Source of the DNA: Phoronis australis
Lineage: Eukaryota > Animalia > Phoronida
Reading direction: 5' to 3'
Assembly (NCBI GenBank): GCA_002633005.1
Contig: NMRA01000043.1
Location: 1,134,689 to 1,198,688, forward strand
Length of the DNA: 64,000 nucleotides
The notes under the pieces were generated by a model. That model was not told where the DNA came from. It saw nothing but the letters and a program-made list of their open reading frames with translations, and ran no database searches. Positions 63,398 through 64,000 of this stretch are shown one piece after another. The translations under genes were made by a program, and so were the position numbers. Position 1 is the first letter of the stretch. Each line of letters begins with the position of its first letter.

Positions 63398-64000
63398 TAA
63401 GCCTATACTAGACTAGCAAAATATCCTCCACTGAAGGGATTGGTCGGAGCGTATTTATAATGTTGAAGTTAAAGGCGAAGGCAACCTTTTTCATGTCATT
63501 TTTAGCAAATATTAGGTTCGTTGATTATCCCAGACATGTTTTCCCACTTAATTAAAGCTTTTGGTAATTTACATAATTATTCGTTCTCTACTCCGGAAGG
63601 GACGTTTTGGAAGGCAAGAATTTCGCGCCAATTTCTGTTCATATAGTCGGACTATGAGGGCTGTCGAGTCAGTCATTGACCTACCTCGGTTTTGATAAGA
63701 TCGGTCGTCACTTGCTTTTGTTTACGAGTCAGTCGACATGCCACACTGTTGCTGCGTACCGGGATGTACTTATTATGACCCAAAGCCTATAAACAATCCT
63801 GCTGCGATGTTGAGTGGTGGGAGTGAATACAGGCTCCGTTCGACACTCAATGAAGGGGACAGTTCGTTGTTCAATGAACAGATCGGTGAGCCAAACTTAG
63901 ATAATTTTATTGTAGACTTGTCTAAAGTATTGGAGATATTTAGAAGGTGCCAGATGTGTGGCGAGGCAGTCGCACGGCAGGGTGTAAGCAGTTTGTGTGC

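Overview
AT-rich eukaryotic genomic DNA, probably from a marine invertebrate (inferred from the repeat repertoire; species not determinable). It has two N-gaps and several single-n joins. Most ORF-track entries are spurious because the real genes are spliced. The main result is a minus-strand gene with six coding exons that all phase correctly (40715->33868, 729 nt, 242 aa). It encodes an N-terminal death effector domain (DED), a Ser/Thr-rich linker and a C-terminal anti-lipopolysaccharide-factor (ALF)-like domain (Cys-x20-Cys hairpin followed by GAVEH), with no signal peptide. This is a candidate cytosolic LPS-sensing death-fold adaptor. Its two DED exons are present twice (39-40.7 kb and 43-46.7 kb; tandem copy or uncollapsed haplotype). 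An older paralogous DED exon lies at 9.9 kb, upstream of three exons encoding a C-terminal transmembrane anchor. Both loci keep a Rel/NF-kB-type site upstream, and one has a triple IRF/ISRE-like element. The rest is mostly mobile DNA: a Sola3-like transposon, Penelope-like fragments with hammerhead-like motifs, an L1/Tx1 remnant, CR1/L2 3' ends, a Harbinger-like 7.3-kb insertion, foldback/MITE elements and a few small decayed spliced genes (C2H2, PHD-like). All homology calls are from motif recognition by eye; no searches were run.
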